A DNA stretch of 63,746 nt, counting the filler, from an uncultured bacterium (GTDB taxonomy: Bacteria > Latescibacterota > UBA2968), in the NCBI GenBank assembly GCA_964471275.1. It is 8 parts of 8 records of this genome, joined end to end, with 100 filler letters (N's around TTAATTAATTAA, not from the genome) between each part and the next. Parts side by side here need not be neighbours in the genome. Positions count along the whole stretch, not along the records: positions 56,126 to 63,746 come from CAYYGZ010000226.1; 7 more parts are not named here. One strand, written 5' to 3'. Below are positions 61,166 to 63,746 of the stretch, piece after piece. The number at the start of each line of letters is the position of its first letter. Within the stretch, counting starts at the first letter, position 1. A program made the translations under genes and the position numbers. The notes under the pieces are model-generated. The model worked only from the letters and a program-made list of their open reading frames with translations. It was not told where the DNA came from and searched no databases.

Positions 61166-62219
61166 TCAGTTCTCGTTGATCTTCGCCTTGAGTGCTTTTT
61201 CATACGCATCGGTAACACCATGCAGGCCGACATCTCTCCAATAGGACCCGAGTGTTTCCCAACCATATACCTTTCCGTGTTTGGAGACAGCTGTCTGCTG
61301 CATCAATCGCTCGTATCGATCTACGACCGAATCCGGGTCAGCGTTCAGGCTGATCCAGAACAGTGCGTGCAGTGCGCTTGCTCCGTAGACAAGCCACACA
61401 GCAGGATGCCAGAGTAGCGGAGACGTTATCACTTAGCCGATGCTTTGGATTCAAGCTCGGTAGCAAGATCACGGCCGAGGATGCTGTTAGCATTAGGGCA
61501 TTGATAAGATCGACGCCGTGGCTCAGTGAGAGCAGATGGTAGGCGGCATACTCAGGCAGGTCGCCTGTGACCGGTAGCGTGTGTGACAGTAGGGTTGAGA
61601 GATAGGTCTGGAAGTCGAAACCGATCAGCCAAAGTAAGACGAATGAGCTGGTCGGGTAGGCCGTCAGCTCGAGGATGTGTTTCGGATAGCCACAGGTGCG
61701 GTGTGAGAGGTATGCCGCGAATACGAGACACGGGAAGAGGAAGGCTGCTGAGAAATGGAGCGCGGTCAGAACACCGAGTACGATAGCGGGGAACGTCAGG
61801 GCTCGTGACTGCCGAACAGCTCTGATCACAAGGATGATCAGAATGAGCGCCCAGAAAGTCAAAGGAGCTCGGTCGGTCTTGGTGAGCTCCTCCCACGCTT
61901 CCGCATCCAGTTCACGAATACGCAAGTATCTATCGCCCAGGAGGTGAACGGCGGACTGACCGAAAAGGCTCAACAACAAGACTGCGCAAGCCAGGTGGAG
62001 GGGAGAGGAGAGGCCTGCTCCTGCGCGCCGCAATCGATGGTGAAGCTCAGGGACGAGGCAGAAGAGGAATAGTCCCCCCAGCCCGGACACAAACGCAACC
62101 TTGGGCCACACACCCACACCGGCCACATCCAGACCCCACAGCCAGGGAGGGGCCGTGACTACCGCGCCGGCAAACAAAGCCAGATAGCCGAGCGACAGGA
62201 TAGTGAGTCGATTGTTCAA
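61166..62219 (-). pseudogene. Frameshifted multi-TM membrane protein
   Basis: Two overlapping hydrophobic ORFs (61338-62219 and 61166-61432) in different frames. Confidence 0.5.
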
Positions 62220-62480
62220 GGAGGGTGTCTCCGTGTCTGTGTCAGGGATCGGCTAGCTGGTCCGTTCGCGCCAGGATACAATATAGGTGCTAGACGGTCC
62301 TTTGAAGAGGTATCCCTCCTGTGGGCCAGTCGCTCTCTGAAGTCGTGCAATTGTGCGAGTTGCATCGTGCAGAGAAACGAGTTGCTTGGAAGATCTCAAA
62401 GACTGAAGTTTACAGTGTAGAGCGCAAACCTTCTCCTTTAGGAAAGGAACGATAATCTTTGCGACGAAAAGGGGGCACCT

Positions 62481-62855
62481 TTGGACGTTAGGACAATACG
62501 AGGACGAATCCGAGAGATTCGAGAGAGGAAGGAGATCAAGTCGATCGAGATGGCCAGGAAGTTGAAGATGAGCGCGCCGTACTACAGTCAAATCGAGAAC
62601 GGGTCGCGTCGTCTTTCAGTGGATCATCTTACGCGGATTGCCAAGATCTTGGATGTATCACTCGGTGAATTATCCGGCGAGTTCGCCGGTTTTCCCGATC
62701 TGGGAGGGAAGAAGTTCAAGTATGTCCTTCCTGTGAACAACGCCAAGGTCTACAAAACTCTGGCCAGGCTGTTTGATGATGTGTCTCCCCGGACCTCCAG
62801 CGATTGGTCGGCGTTCCTGGGACGAGCGCAGAGAGCAGTGAAGAAAGTCGGCTGA
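62481..62855 (+). CDS. XRE-family HTH transcriptional regulator
   Basis: RIREIRE..I...EMA..L.MS..YYSQIENG.R.LSVD.L..IA..L.VSLGEL. Confidence 0.88.
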   Translation: MDVRTIRGRIREIRERKEIKSIEMARKLKMSAPYYSQIENGSRRLSVDHLTRIAKILDVSLGELSGEFAGFPDLGGKKFKYVLPVNNAKVYKTLARLFDDVSPRTSSDWSAFLGRAQRAVKKVG

Positions 62856-62872
62856 TTCCTTCCTGATCAGTC

Positions 62873-62912
62873 GAGGGCTCCAGTCCACTTTGGATTGGAG
62901 CCCTCTTTTTTT
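62873..62912 (+). terminator. Intrinsic terminator
   Basis: GAGGGCTCCAGTCC/GGATTGGAGCCCTC stem followed by T7. Confidence 0.85.
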
Positions 62913-63014
62913 CTGCGAATCAACCCGCTGATTCGAAGTCCTCGTTTGTTGATTCAGCAATCACTCCGTTAATTGTTCCGACCGATTCTCGACCCCCAAG
63001 GAAAGGCAGGTTGA

Positions 63015-63746
63015 ATGAGCACGTCATCTATGAGTTTTCTCCGTGATAAGAAGGTCATTCTCATTCTCGTAGCGGGACTTCTGCTGTCGTTGTGGGTTGG
63101 TAGGAATGTCACTCCCGTCTATTCCGTGGATGAGACGGTACTTGACGTGCACGCTGACGAAGAAGGACGTCCTTATTTCATCCAGGGAAGAAAGCAGGCC
63201 TACCTGGGCGACGTGGTCGCCTATGATGCGGCCGTGCTCAACCCGGAGCGACTCACAGCCGGTTCATCGCCCGGCATCTCTCTCGAGTACGTTTGGCGCA
63301 AGAATCCTGGTGCTTTGCGTACCTATTCAAGGCTTGACCTTCGGTTTCACTTCGGGTACTGGTCACTCTTGCCGGCTCTAGTGGCGATCATTCTGTGCTG
63401 GGTGACCAAAGAGCCGATTACTTCGCTCCTTGCGGGTATCGTTTCCGGTGCCTTTCTGCTGGGGCGGTATGACATCACGGGGGATGTGCTTGTGACGTCG
63501 CTCTCCACCACATCTGCAGCCAGTGTCCTGCTGCTCTATCTGTGGTTGTTGGGCGGCCTGCTCGGTGTCTGGTCTAAGACTGGTGCGGCCCACGCATTTG
63601 CCGAATTTATGGCCCAGAAATTTGTACGCGGCCCACAGTCCGCCAAGCTGGTCGCGTGGTTTCTCGGGATCGTATTCTTCCAGGGGGGCACCGTCAGCAC
63701 CGTTCTGGTTGGCACAACAGTCAAGCCGATCGCAGACGACAACAGG
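63015..63746 (+). CDS. NhaC-family Na+/H+ antiporter-like membrane protein, 3'-truncated
   Basis: Open frame from ATG 63015 to the window end (absent from the ORF track): GYWSLLPALVAIILC..TKE..SLLAGI, LWLLGGL.GV..KTG.A.AFA, STVLVGTTVKPIAD. Confidence 0.8.
   Translation, partial: MSTSSMSFLRDKKVILILVAGLLLSLWVGRNVTPVYSVDETVLDVHADEEGRPYFIQGRKQAYLGDVVAYDAAVLNPERLTAGSSPGISLEYVWRKNPGALRTYSRLDLRFHFGYWSLLPALVAIILCWVTKEPITSLLAGIVSGAFLLGRYDITGDVLVTSLSTTSAASVLLLYLWLLGGLLGVWSKTGAAHAFAEFMAQKFVRGPQSAKLVAWFLGIVFFQGGTVSTVLVGTTVKPIADDNR

Noticed and set aside
1..63746. CRISPR arrays, tRNA/rRNA genes, prophage, reverse transcriptase or defence systems
   Set aside because: No regularly spaced repeats, cloverleaf motifs or hallmark proteins were seen by eye; dedicated tools were not run.

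Overview
This 63.7 kb window is not contiguous. It joins eight ~7.6-8.1 kb contigs with artificial 100-nt N/TTAATTAATTAA/N linkers, in order of decreasing length, so adjacency across linkers means nothing. The DNA is from a moderately GC-rich bacterium; the gene styles suggest an FCB/Latescibacterota-like MAG (inference only). Ordinary content: dpp-type ABC transporter, pabB-pabC fusion, batA-E locus, thrC, a metB-like gene, glycosyltransferases with a DegT aminotransferase, serS, dnaE, aroA, a Mur ligase with LD-carboxypeptidase, a penicillin-acylase family gene and an NhaC-type antiporter. Best leads: (1) a stand-alone ~250-nt structured transcript (3696-3980) with a sigma70 promoter, a perfect SD, an 11-aa micro-ORF and a terminator; (2) a coupled operon of membrane protein, BpsA-like branched-polyamine synthase and DUF2156-type transferase; (3) an ETF/Fe-S/flavin amine-oxidation module bracketed by an IS3-family right end and a 129-bp mini-IS; (4) a SAM-II riboswitch before the metB-like gene; (5) a sigma54+IHF promoter driving a 55-aa orphan protein; (6) two further candidate ncRNAs; (7) a recurring decay of regulatory genes. 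All family calls come from motif recognition by eye; no searches were run.
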